Below are positions 24,481 to 37,029 of a stretch of 64,000 nucleotides of DNA, one piece after another. The stretch's first letter is position 1, and every line of letters starts with the position of its first letter. A program made the translations under genes and the position numbers. The DNA comes from Mobula hypostoma (Eukaryota), in NCBI RefSeq assembly GCF_963921235.1, contig NC_086108.1, forward strand, positions 111,850,001-111,914,000. Reading direction: 5' to 3'. Under the pieces are notes generated by a model. The model had not been told where the DNA came from. It ran no database searches and worked only from the letters and a program-made list of their open reading frames with translations.

Positions 24481-25968
24481 TTAACACAGAACAGTACCAC
24501 AGAGGAACAGGCCCTTCAGACCATTACATCTGCCCCGAACACCATTCCAATTTAAACTAAATAAAAGCACCCAGACTAAAACCACACAGTCACAGGGAGG
24601 AGTTATAAACTTCTTCCAGACAGCAGCTGCAATCGAATCCCAATTGCTGATTGTGATTGCACTAATGACTAGGCCACCATACCCCGCTGACTTTCCATGA
24701 AAGGATTGTGGTGGCAGCTAACAAGAATTGGATTGTATTTAACGGGAGGATAATATCAGGCCATTCTGCCCATTGAGTCTGCTCCACCATTCTATCATGG
24801 CTGACTTATTATTCCTCTCAACCCCATTCTCCTGCCTTCTCCCTGTAATCTTTGAAGCCCTGACTAATCAAGAACCTATTAACCTTCACTTAAGTATACC
24901 GATTGACTTGACTTCCACAGTCGTCTGTAGCAATGAAATCCAATAACCTCTGCCTAAAGAATCTCCTCCTCATCTCGGTTCTAAAGGTATGTCTATTCTG
25001 AGGCTGTGCCCTCTGGTCCTAGACTTCTCACTATAGGAAACATCATCCACACATTCACACTATCATGACCTCTCCACATCTGGTAGGTTTCAATAAGATC
25101 CATCTTCAGTCTTCCAATCTCTTTTCCTCTTACCAGTGTACACCTCTATCAAGTCACCTCTCATCCTCCTTCACTCCAAAGAGAAAAGCCTTAGCTCACT
25201 CAGACCATCATTATAGGACATGCTCTCTAATCCAGGCAGCATCGTGGTCAATCTCCTCTTCACCCTTTCTAGAACTTCCACATTCTTCCTGGAATGAGGT
25301 GACCAAAACTGAACACAATGCTCCAAGTGTGGTCTAACCAGGGTTTTTAGAGCTGCAACATTACCTCTTGGCTCTTGAACTTAATCCTTCGACTAACGAA
25401 GGTCAACACGCAATGTACCTTCGTAACCAAACTATTAACTTGTGTAGCAATACTGAGGGATCTAGGGATATGGATCACAAGATCCCACTGTTCCTCCACA
25501 CTTCTTTAGAATCCTGCTATTAACTCTGTATTCTGCCTTCCAATTTGACCTTCCAACGTGAATCACTTCACACTTGTCCACATTAAACACTATCTGCCAT
25601 ATGTCAGCACAGCCCTGCATCCTACCAATGTCCCATTAGAACGTAACTTAACCAGACGTAGCATCTTACAGAGAGGAACTCACATGGCATGCCACGGTAG
25701 CATAGCTGTCAGAGTTTGGAGTTCATTTCCAGCCTCCTCTATAGGCAGGTTTGAACATTCCTCTCTGCATGCACATAGCTTTCCCCCAGGTGCTCCAGTT
25801 TCCTCCTGCATTCCAAAGACGTACCGGTTAGTGGGTTAGTAGGTCATTGTAAATCCCCTGTGATTGGGGTAGGTTTAAATCAGTTGGTTGCTGGGTGCCA
25901 CGGCTCGTTAAGCCGGTGGGGCCTGTTCTGTGCTGTATCTCCAAATAAATATAAATAAAATATCTCAC

Positions 25969-26121
25969 CTCGAATTGGACGTTATTGTCTTTATGGAGGG
26001 GCTGGCACAGATCTGGATCATCACACAAACAAGGTAAAGCAACGGAAAGTTGCTTGTTGAAACTGTGGTTCCACATCGTGGTTATGAACAGACCCAGCAC
26101 CAATTCCAGACTCCAGACCAT
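25969..26121 (-). CDS. CTBS-like: CTBS-like gene A, coding exon 1 (putative signal peptide plus Cys-rich N-terminus)
   Basis: ATG at 26121. Translates to MVWSLELVLGLFITTMWNHSFNKQLSVALPCLCDDPDLCQPLHKDNNVQFE, followed by donor gtgaga (phase 0). Resembles the CTBS N-terminal CPCPEPELCRP...DFE segment (recalled). Confidence 0.85.
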
Positions 26122-26829
26122 CCTCTCTGTACAAACTCCACCAGAAATGTGATTTATTTCCAGTAATCTGTACAGGGCTGAGAATGACTGCTCTATTGTC
26201 TCTCTCTCTCTCTCTCGCTCCCTGTATGTGGTAACAATGAAATATTGACGTAAAATTCGTGCTATCAAATGTAACTTTGTAGGATAAGCTACTTTCTCTC
26301 ATCTCTCACAGCCTTGAACAACAGCCACAACTGACACAGCATCCTCGCCTCCTCTTTGGACAACATTCCATAAGATCATAAGACCATAAGATGTAAGAGC
26401 AGAATTAGGCCATTTGGCCCATCGAGTCTGTTTTTCCATTCATCATGGCTGATTCAATTTTCCTCTCAGCCCCAATCTCCTGCCTTCTCCCCGTTTCCCT
26501 ATAGGCTTGACCAATCAAGAATCTGTCAACTTTTGCCTTAAATATACATAAAGTTTTGGCCTCCATAGCTGCCTGCAGCAAAAGATTCCACATATTCACC
26601 ATTCATCAAGATTATATCCTGAAGACAAAGTAATAGCACCCAGTGTGGCATCTTTTTCTTCTACGTCAGTAAAGTAAAATGTCGTAAACCAACAAGTTGC
26701 TTGTTATGTCTCCCCGCTCACTGTGAACCGGAGACATCTCTTATTAGGGAGAGAGAGAGCCTGTGGTATGTCGGATGCTGGGTGAACGAGTAGTCTTTGG
26801 GGTAACTGCAAGTCTGTGTCTTTACTGGC

Positions 26830-28562
26830 CATGAATCTAGCAGGCATGAACTTCAGTTTGCCTCTGCCATTGATCTCGCCGGCTCCAACACCTCAGGACA
26901 TATTCAAAACCCGGACTCCAGCAACAACCATGGACACATTCAAAGTGAATGCGCAACCACCGACTGCGACTCCAGGCCGGGTCTTTATGTGCTGCTATTG
27001 TGACTCCCGTCTCCCCTTCCCCCACCACCACTCTGCAACCCCGTCTCCCTCAGATCCCACCGTCAGCTCCTGGGCCCTCAGAGGCTCCATCTTTCTCTCA
27101 CCCCAACCATCCCCTCTCCACTGACTCCCCCAGCCTCCCCCCTCCCCCCTCTGATCCCAGCCCTCATCCGTGCCGGGTCTTTACCATCCCCTCCGACCTT
27201 CAGCTGTCGGAGGCAGATCGCTCTGTCCTCAGTAAGGGCCTCACCTTTGTCCCCCTTCGCCCACACCTCAGCGAGTTCCGTGTTCGCCATGATGCAGAAC
27301 TTTTCTTCCGCCGTCTCCGTCTCCGAGCCTACTTCTTCGGCAAGGACTCTTCCACCCCCACCGATGACCCCTTCTCCCATCTTCAACCCTCCTCTTCTTC
27401 ATGGACACCCCACTCTGGTCTTCTGCCTGCTCTGGATCTCTTTATCGCTAACTGCCGACGGGACATCAACCGTCTCGACTTCACTGCACCTTGTCCCCAT
27501 TCCAACCTCACTCCTTCGGAACGCTCTGCTCTCCCCTCCCTCCGCACTAATCCTAACCTTATTATTAAACCCGCCGATAAGGGGGGTGCTGTTGTAGTCT
27601 GGCGTACTGACCTCTACCTTGCCGAGGCACAGCGACAACTCGCGGATACCTCCTCTTATTTACCCCTCGATCGTGACCCCACTAAGGAGCACCAGGCCAT
27701 TGTCTCCCACACCATCACCGACTTTATCCGCTCAGGGGATCTCCCATCCACTGCTAACAACCTTATAGTTCCCACACCTCGCACTTCCCGTTTCTACCTC
27801 CTACCCAATATCCACAAACCTGCCTGTCCTGGCCGACCTATTGTCTCAGCTTGCTCCTGCCCCACCGAACTCATTTCTGCATACCTCGACACGGTTTTAT
27901 CCCCCCTTGTTCAATCCCTTCCTACCTATGTTCGTGACACTTCTCACGCTCTTAAACTTTTCGATGATTTTAAGTTCCCTGGCCCCCACCACTTTATTTT
28001 CACCATGGATGTCCAGTCCCTATATACTTCCATCCCCCATCAGGAAGGTCTCAAAGCTCTCCGCTTCTTTTTGGATTCCAGACCTAATCAGTTCCCCTCT
28101 ACCACCACTCTGCTCCGTCTAGCGGAATTAGTGCTAACACTTAATAGTTTCTCCTTCGGCTCCTCCCACTTCCTCCAAACTAAAGGTGTAGCTATGGGCA
28201 CCCGTATGGGTCCTAGCTATGCCTGCCTTTTTGTTGGGTTTGTGGAACAATCTATGTTCCATACCTATTCTGGTATCTGTCCCCCACTTTTCCTTCGCTA
28301 CATTGATGACTGCATTGGCGCTGCTTCCTGCATGCATGCTGAGCTCGTTGACTTTATTAACTTTGCCTCCAACTTTCACCCTGCCCTCAAGTTTACCTGG
28401 TCCATTTCCGACACCTCCCTCCCCTTTCTAGATCTTTCTGTCTCTGTCTCTGGAGACAGCTTATCCACTGATGTCTACTATAAGCCTACTGACTCTCACA
28501 GCTATCTGGACTATTCCTCTTCTCACCCTGTCTCTTGCAAAAAAGCCATCCCCTTCTCGCAA
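26830..28562 (+). mobile_element. Penelope-like retroelement RT, open frame, truncated before the GIY-YIG domain
   Basis: 542-aa ORF with IKPADKGGAVVV, PGRPIVS, MDVQSLYTSIP, GVAMGTRMGPSYA, RYIDD, LPFLDL and DVYYKPTD. Confidence 0.92.
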
Positions 28563-28981
28563 TTAAATGTACTTTGAATGTTTAGAGTAGGTGTGTAGGT
28601 GGGATGGGAAAGGAGCAAGTTTTGCCATTGTTTGGTTTTTTTGTTGTTGTTTATGTAGTTCTGCCGAGCATTGTGGGTGTGCTATGTTGGTGCTGGAATG
28701 TGTGGTGACACTTGTGGGCTGTTCCCAGCACACCCTCCGGATGTGTTGGTTGTTAACGCAAATGATGTGTTTCACGGTATGTTTCAATGTACACGTGATG
28801 AATATATTTGAATCAGAAGCTGATCTCTGTTCACTGTCTGAATCAGAATCAGGTTAATATCACCGGCATATGCTATAAAATTTGTTGTTTGCGGCAGCAC
28901 AACATTCCCATACAAAATAATAATAAATAACTATAACTTACTATGAAAAGTATATTTAAAAATAGAAATGAAATTAAATAA

Positions 28982-29637
28982 GAGGAGGGAGGAGAAGATG
29001 GCGCGATGCTGCCCGCGCGGCCGTTCCGAATGATATCGATAAGTGTAATTAGGGGGGCCGTGCACAATCCGGATTTGATGGAGACAGCCGTGAGAGTACA
29101 GAGGAACACCTGGAGAAACTTCTGAAATGCCTGCTTAGCTGCCGCTGCTAATGTACGATCGAGAATCTCTGGAGACGAAGGCCCCAAATCCTCGGCTTTG
29201 CCTATTGCCTGTTGCCGGGGCCAGGGTCGAAGAGCTCGTCAGAGATGGTGCTCGGTGCTTGGTGTCAGGAGGTGGTCAGTGGCTCGAAGTTTTCGGACGG
29301 GCTCGGAGTCGGACTGTGGTCGGATGCTTCCAGGATGCTGCATCGGCAAGTTTGCGGTGCTAGAGGTTCACTGTCTGCGTGAGATGATGGGACTTTCGAG
29401 AGACTTTGAGATTTTTTACCGTGCCAAGGTCTGTTCTTATCAAATTACAGTATTGCTTTGCACTGTTGTAACTATATGTTATAATTATGTGGTTTTTATC
29501 AGTTTTTAAGTCGGTTTGTCATGTGTTTTCATGATATCATTCTGGAAAAACATTGTATCATTTCTTAATGCATACATTACTAAATGACAATAACAGAGGA
29601 CTGCGTGTACTCATAATCTAATCTAATCTAATAATCT
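28982..29637 (+). mobile_element. Putative non-autonomous retroelement (CpG-rich head, (taatc)n tail)
   Basis: Starts gaggagggaggagaagatggcg, ends in taatctaatct repeats, flanked by taaata. No RT ORF. Confidence 0.55.
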
Positions 29638-30139
29638 AAATACGTAGTGCAAAAGGAATTTTAAAGTAGTGAAGTAGTGTTAATGGGTTCCTTGCCCATT
29701 CAGAAACCTGATGGCAGAGGGGAAGAAGCTGTTCCTGAAACATTGAGTGTGTGTCTTCAGGCTTCTGTACCTCCTCCCTGATGGTGGCAAGAGGGCATGT
29801 CCTGGTGATGGGGGTGCTTAATGATGGAAGCTGTGTTAATGAGGCTTTGCCAATTGAAGATGTCCTCAATGCTAGAGGGAATAGTACTCGTGATGGAACT
29901 GGCTGAGTTTACAGCTCTCTCTGATCCTGTGCAGTGGCCCCTCCAGACCAAATGGTGATGCAACCAGTCTCCCCTCTCGCCTTAACCCCGAGCCCTCTAT
30001 TTCTAAATTTCCTATCCCGGCAAAAAGGATTCTGATTATCTACCCCATCTAGATAGATAGATAGATACATAGATATACTTTATTAATCCTGAGGGAAATT
30101 TAGTTTCGTTACAGCTGCACCAACCAAGAATAGAGCATA

Positions 30140-32820
30140 AATATGGTAAATATGATGGATCTGAATGTGTGGCTGAGGAACCGGTGCAGGAAGCAAGGAT
30201 TTACATTCTTGGTATGTTTCGGGGTAAGGATGAATTATACAAAAGGGACGGGTTGCACCTTAATAAGTGGGGCCCCAGCATTCTTGCAGGCAGGTTTGCC
30301 TCTGTAACACGGGTGTGTTTAAACTAAGTAGTGGGGGGGGGGAGGGGACGAACTGGAAACATAAGGATGGAGATAAAGGGGAAGTGAGAATAAGAAAAGT
30401 TCAGAAAGACAGCAGAATCAACAGAGCAGAAAGCTCAAGAAGGGATCGTACAGCATGGCCAAGTGAAATAGGAATTGATATGGGAGGTGAGGGGAGTAAT
30501 GAATTTAAAGTATTATATATGAATGCACAGAGTATAAGAAATAAAGTGGATGTGCTTGAGCCACAGTTGGAAATTGGTAAGTATGATGTTGTGGGAATCA
30601 CAGAGACATGGCTTCAAGTGGACAGGGCCTGGGAAATGAATATTCAAGGTTATACGTCCTATCGAAAGGACAGACTGATGGGCAGAGGGGGTGGGGTGGC
30701 TCTGTTGGTGAGGAATGATATTCAGTCCCTTGCGAGGGGGGACATAGAATCAGGAGACGCAGAGTCAGTATGGATAGAACTGAGAAATCCTAAGGGTAGA
30801 AAGACCCTAATGGGAGTTATCTACAGGCCCTCAAACAGTAGTCTGGATGTAGGGTGTAAGTTGAATCAAGAGTTAAAACTGACATGTCGCAAAGGTAGTG
30901 CTACAGTTGTTATGGGGGACTTCAACATGCAGGTAGACTGGAGGAATCAGGTTGGTACTGGACCCCAAGAAAGGGAGTTCGTGGAGTCCCTCCGAGATGG
31001 ATTCTTAGAACAGCTTGTACTGGAGCCTACCAGAGAGAATGCAATTCTAGATTTAGTGTTGTGCAATGAACCGGATTTGATCAGGGACCTCGAGGTAAAG
31101 GAGCCATTAGGAGGTAGTGAGCATAATATGAAAAGTTTTAATCTACAATTTGAGAGGGAGAAGGGAAACTCGGAAGTGTCAGTTGAACAAAGGGAACTAT
31201 GGTGCTATGAGGGAGGAGCTGGCCAAAGTTCAACGGAACAACACCCTAGCAGGGATGACAGTGGAACAGCCATGGCAAGTGTTTCTGGGAATAATGCGGA
31301 AGGTGCAGGATCAGTTCATTCCAAAGAGGAAGATCCTAAGGGGAGTAAGGGGAGGCCGTGGCTGACCGAGGAAGTAATGGGCAGTATAAAAATAAAAGAG
31401 AAGTATAACATAGCAAAGACGAGTGGGAAGCCAGAGGATTGGGAAACTTTTAAAGAGCAACAGAAGGTAACTAAAAAGGCAATACGCAGAGAAAAAATAA
31501 GGTATGAAGGCAAACTAGCCAAGAATGTAAAGGAGGATAGTAAAAGCTTCTTTAGGTATGTGAAAAGGAAAAAAATAGTTAAGACCAAAATTGGGCCCTT
31601 GAAGACAAACGGGTGAATTTATTATGGGGAAGAAGGAGATGGCAGATGAGTTGAACAGGTACTTTGGATCTGTCTTCACTAGGGAAGATGCAAACGATCT
31701 CCCAGATATAATAGTGGCCATGGCCAAAGGACCTAGGGCAATGGAGGAACTGAAGGAAATTTATATTAGGCAGGAAATGGTGTTGGATAGACTGTTGGGT
31801 CTGCAGGCTGGTAAGTCCCCGGGACGTGATGGTCTGCATCCCAGGGTACTTAAGGAGGTGGCTTTAGAAATCGTGGACGCATTGGTAATGATTTTCCAAT
31901 GTTCTATAGATTCAGGATCAGTTCCTGTGGATTGGAGGGTGGCTAATGTTGTCCCTCTCTTCAAGAAGGGAGGAAGAGAGAAAACAGGGAATTACAGACC
32001 AGTTTACCTGACTTCGGTGGTGGGAAAGATGCTGGAGTCAATTATAAAAGATGAAATTACAAGACATCTGGATAGCAGTAACAGAATCGGTCCGAGTCAG
32101 CATGAATTTACGAAGGGGAAATCGTGCTTGACTAATCTTCTGGAATTTTTTGAGGATGTAACTATGAAAATGGACAAGGGAGAGCCAGTGGATGTAGTGT
32201 CCCTGGATTTTCAGAAAGCCTTTGATAAAGTTCCACATAGGAGATTAGTGGGCAAAATTAGGGCACGTGGTATTGGGGGCAGAGTACTGACGAGGATTGA
32301 AAATTGGCTGGCTGACAGAAAACAAAGAGTAGCGATTAACGGGTCCCTTTCAGAATGGCAGGCGGTGACCAGTGGGGTACCGCAGGGTTCAGTGCTGGGA
32401 CCGCAGCTGTTCACAATATATATTAATGATTTAGATGAGGGAATTAAAAGTAACATTAGCAAATTTGCCCATGACACAAAGCTGGGTGCAGTGTGAAATG
32501 TAAGGAGGATGTTATGAGAATGCAGGGTGACTTGGACAGGCTGGGTGAGTGGGCAGATGCAGTTTAATGTGGATAACTGTGAGGTTTTCCACTTTGGTGG
32601 TAAGAGCAAGAAGGCAGATTATTATCTAAATGGAGTCAAGTTAGGAAAAGGGGAAGTACAACGAGATCTAGGTGTTTTTGAACATCAGTCACTGAAAGTA
32701 AGCATGCAAGTACAGCAGGCAGTGAAGAAAGCTAATGGCATGCTGGCCTATGTAACAAGGGGAATTGAGTATAAGAGCAAAGAGGTCCTTCAGCAGTTGT
32801 ACAGGGCCCTGGTGAGCCTA
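30140..32820 (+). mobile_element. CR1 LINE (endonuclease and RT with frameshifts), 3' end cut at the inverted-repeat boundary
   Basis: [37 protein letters not shown] and KFAHDTK. Stops at LYRALVS. Confidence 0.92.
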
Positions 32821-32822
32821 CA

Positions 32823-33560
32823 TCTCTAAAGAAATCCTACCATCAAATACATCTACCCCACCCCTTCCGCCTTCCACAGGAATCACTCCCTCCATGATTT
32901 CCTTGTCCGTTCATTCCTTTCCATTAATCACCCTCCCGACACTTATCCCTGCAAGTGCTACACCTGCCCAGTCACCTCCTCCCTCATCTCCACTCAGAGG
33001 CCCAAACAGTCCTTCCAGGTGAGGCAACACTTCACCTGCAAATCTGCTGGGGTCGTCTATTGTACCCAGTGCTCCCGATCCAGCCTGCTCTACATTGGTG
33101 AGACCCATGGTAAATTGGGCAACTGCTTCATCGAGTACCTCTGCTCCATCTGCCAAAAGAAGAACCTCCCAGTGGCTGACCATTTTAATTCCCATTCCCT
33201 CTCCCATTCTGACATGTTAGTCAATGGCCTCCTCTTGAGCCACAATGAGGCCACCCTCAGGGTGGAAGAGCAACAACTTATATCCCATCTGGGCAGCCTC
33301 CAATCTGATGGCAAGGATATCACTTTCTCCCTCCCCTCTTCTTCGATTCCCCACTCTGGCCTCTTACCTCTCCTCAACTGCATACCACCTCTCCCCTGTG
33401 TCATCCTGCTTCCCTTTCTTTCATGGCCCTCACTCCTCTCCAATCAGATTCCTTCCTGTTCAGCCCTTCCACACTTGGCATCACCTACCACCTTCTAGCT
33501 ATCCCCCTTACCCTCTCCCCACCTGTTAATTCAGCTGTCTTCCCCTTCCTTTCCAGTCCA
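32823..33560 (+). mobile_element. Decayed Penelope GIY-YIG fragment (mirror copy ~43790-44800 on -)
   Basis: HFTCKSAGVVYCTQCSRSSLLYIGET...PVADHFN. Confidence 0.85.
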
Positions 33561-34345
33561 CAAGAAGGGATATGGAATGACCACTCACAGAAAATGGAGA
33601 AACTCAGCAGGTGAGACAGAATAAACAGTCAATATTTTATGCCAAGTCTTCATCCGGACGTATGGGCCGTGTAGGAGGGAAGGGTCAGATTGATCATGGC
33701 GGTTTATATTGGTCAGCACAGCATCGTGGGCCGAAGGGCCTGTTCTGCGCTGCACAGTTCTATGTTCTAACCCTCCCTCAATTTGAATTACTGTTGATAT
33801 TTTTCTTTTCAGTGTCAAATAAGATATGTATAATTTACATTAATTTATTTAAATTAATTATGATCGTCATGTTCTGTACTGCTGTTGCAAAAAGCCCATT
33901 TTTGTGTCATTTAAATGCCGAGTGTATTGCAAACAATTTCCCAAGGTTCCCGTTTGGACGTCAGTGTTGCTGTGACGGTGTGACGGAGGGAGCTGCTGGG
34001 ACATTTCAGAGGGTGTCCAAGAACAGTCTGGGTCAGGAGTCACATGTGGGACAAGAGATCTCCCCCCTGAGGGACATGGGTGAACCCAACCTATTTTTAG
34101 CCACTGTTACCATGGTGATTGGGTGTCGTTTTGAAAATTCTGGAACTGGAAATGAAGTTACATTTGACCGATTGTGATGTCACGCGACATCAGAATGGAA
34201 ACCATGACAGGGGGGAGATGAGTGTTGAGTGTTAGTTGGTGAGAGCAGTGGACGAGGAAGCAGCAAGTTTAGTTCCTCCCCTGTGAGTGAGGCCGAGGTG
34301 TGAGTGCTCAGGAGATGGGACTCACCCTCCGTCCGCAGAATTGGG
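32823..34345 (+). repeat. Left arm of large inverted repeat
   Basis: Reverse complement of ~42985-44520. Mirrored ORFs 33019/44324 and 33611/43732 have a constant coordinate sum of 77343. Scattered substitutions and one 15-bp indel. Confidence 0.95.
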
Positions 34346-37029
34346 TGGGGGGAGAGGGAGAGGGTAGAGAGAGAGAGGGAGGAGGGAGAGAGAGAGGGGG
34401 GGAGAGAGAGGGGGAGAGAGAGGGAGGGAGAGGGAGAGGGTAGAGAGAGAGGGGGGAGAGGGGGGAGAGAGAGGGGGGACAGAGAGTGGGAAAAGGGAGA
34501 GACAGGGAGGGAGAGAGAGGGGGGACGGAGAGGGGGAGGGAGGGAGAGAGGGGGAGGGGGAGAGAGAGCGGGGGAGGGGGGAGAGAGAGGGGGGAAGGAG
34601 AGAGAGGGGGGAGGGAGAGGGACAGATATGGGGGGAGAAAGGAGGGGAGGGGAGCGACAGGGTGGGAGGGTGATAGAGAGAGGGGAGGGAGAGGGGAGGG
34701 TGAGAGAGGGGGAGGGAGAGAGAGGGGATGTAGAGAGGAGGAGGGAGAGTGGGGAAGGGGAGGGAGTGGGGGAGAGAGGGAGAGGAGGAGGGGGAGAGAG
34801 GGGGAGGTGGAAGGAGGGATGGGGGGAGGGGGACGGGAGGAGAGAGAGGGTGTTGGGAGGGGCAGAGAGGGGGGAGGCAAAGGTGGAGGGGGTGAGGGAG
34901 AAAGAGGAGGGGAAGGAAGAGGGGGAGGGAGAGAGAGGGTTGAAGGGGAGACTGAGAGGGGGAAGGGTGGGAGGAGGAGGGATAGAGACCGGGGACGGGG
35001 AGAGAGGTGAGGGGGAAAGAGGGGGAGGGAGAGAGATGGAGGAGGGGGAGGGAGAGAGACGGGGGGAGGGAGAGAGGGGGGAGGGAGTGGGGGGAAGGAG
35101 AGAGAGGGAATGAGGGTGGGGGAGGGGGAGAGAGAGGGTGGGAAGAGGACCGAGAGAGGGAGGAAGAGAGAGGGAGAGTGGGAGAGGGGGAGGGGGAGAG
35201 ACAGGGAGGGTGAGAGAGGGAGGGGGGAGGGCGAGAAGGAGGAAGGGGAGGGAGAGAGAGAGGGAGGGAGAGAGGGGATGGGGAGGGAGAGAGAAGGGGG
35301 AAAGAGAGGGGGAGGGGGAAGGAGAGGGAGAGAGGGGAAGGAGAGGGGGAGAGGGAGACAGAGAGGGAGGGGGTGGGGAAGGAGGGGGGAGAGGGGGAAG
35401 GAGAGAGAGTGGGGAAGGAAAGGGGGAGGGAGAGAGAGGGTGAGGGAGAGAGGAGTGGAGGGGAGAGGAGGAGAGAGAGGGGGGAAGGGGAGACAGGGAG
35501 GGGGAGAGAGGAGTAGGGAAAAGGGGGGTGAGAGAGGGTGAAGGAGAGGGAGGGGGAAAGAGGGGGAGGGAGAGAGGGCGAGGGAGAGAGGGGGAAGTGA
35601 GAAAGAGAGGGGGAGGGAGAGAGGAGGGGAGGAGGAAAGAGAGAGGGGAGGGGTTGAGAGGTGAGAGGCGGCAGGGGACAGAGGGGGAGGGGAAGAGAGG
35701 GGGGAGATGGGGAAAGAGGGGGAAGGGAGGGAAGGGAGAGAGGGGGGAGGTGGAGAGATGGGGAGGGGTAGAGGGGGAGGGGGAGAGACTGGGAGGGGTA
35801 GATAGGAGGAGTGGGACAGAGAGATGGGTGGAGAGCGAGGGGGAAGGAGGGGTGAAGGGGAGACGGGAAGGGGGAGAGAGGAGGAGGCGGAAAGAGGGGG
35901 GAGAGAGAGGAGGGGAGAGGGGGAGGGAGGGAGAGGGTTGAAGGGCAGACTGAGAGGGGGAAGGGTGGGAGGAGGAGGGAGAGAGACCAGGGAGGGGGAG
36001 AGAGGGGAGGGGGAAAGAGGGGGAGGGGGAGGGAGAGATAAGGGAGAGGGGGAAAGAGGGGGAGGGGAGAGGGGGAAGGAGATAGAGAGGAAGAGGGGGA
36101 GAGAGGGGGAAAGGAGAAAGAGGGAACGAGAGTGGGGGAGGAGGAGAGAGAGGGTGGGAGGGGGACCGAGAGAGGGAGAGGGGGATGGAGAGGGGGAGGG
36201 GGAGAGAGGGAGGGCGAAAGGGAGAAAGAGGGGGGAGGGAGAGGGGGAGGGAAAGATGGGGGAGGGAGAAAGAGAGGGGGAGGGGGAAGGGGAGGGAGAG
36301 GGGGGAGGGGGAGGGGCAGGGGGAGACAGGGGGAGGGGGCGAGGGAGAGAGGAGTGGAGGGGAGAGGAGGAGAGAGAGGGGGGAAGGGGAGACGGGGGAG
36401 TGGGAGAGAGGAGGAGGGGGAAGAGGGGAAGGAAGAGAGGGGAGGGGGAAAGAGGCGAGAAGGGGGAGGGGACAGAGGGGGAGAGGGAGAAGGGGAAGAG
36501 AGAGAGGGTGGTAGGGAGAGGGGGGAGATGGGGGAGGTGGGGTGGAGAGAGAGGGGGAAGGAGAGGGAGGGGAGAGGGCAGAAAGGGGAGACGGGGAGGG
36601 GGAGAGAGGAGGTGGGGGAAAGAGAGGGGGAGGGGTAGTTGGGGATTGGGACAGAGAGATGGGTGGAGAGGGAGGGGGTGAAGTGAGAGGGGTGAGGGGA
36701 GGAGGAGAAAGGGGGAGGGGAGAGAGGCGAGGGGGAGGGGACAGAGGGGGAGAGAGAGGGGGAGGGGAGAGGGGGATGGGGTGAGACGGGGAGGGGTAGA
36801 TAGGGGGAGTGGGACAGAGATGGCCTGGAGAGGGGGAGGGAGAGAGAGGTGAGTAGGGGTGAGGGGGAGAGAGGGGAGGAGGGGAGAGGGGATAAGGGGG
36901 GAAGGCTGGGAGAGGAGAGGGAGGGAGAGAGGGGGAGGGCCGAGAGCTGGAGAAGGGAGAGGGGGGAAGGAGAGGGGGAGAGCGGGGAGGGCGAGAGAGA
37001 GGGGAAACGGGATGGTGAGGGAGGGAGAG
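34345..37029 (+). repeat. ~2.7 kb G/A-rich polypurine low-complexity tract
   Basis: Almost entirely G and A (gggagagagggg variants) with scrambled internal re-duplications. Confidence 0.97.

Noticed and set aside
33611..34177. 188-aa ORF mirrored as a 193-aa ORF at 43151-43732
   Set aside because: It spans repeat-tail fragments, starts at GTG and has no recognisable domain. The apparent conservation is just the recent inverted duplication.
34176..34191. gatgtcacgcgacatc, one mismatch from the CLEAR/TFEB motif GTCACGTGAC (mirrored near 43140)
   Set aside because: The mismatch is in the E-box core and the site is 8 kb from the nearest start codon, which is not enough to call a regulatory site.
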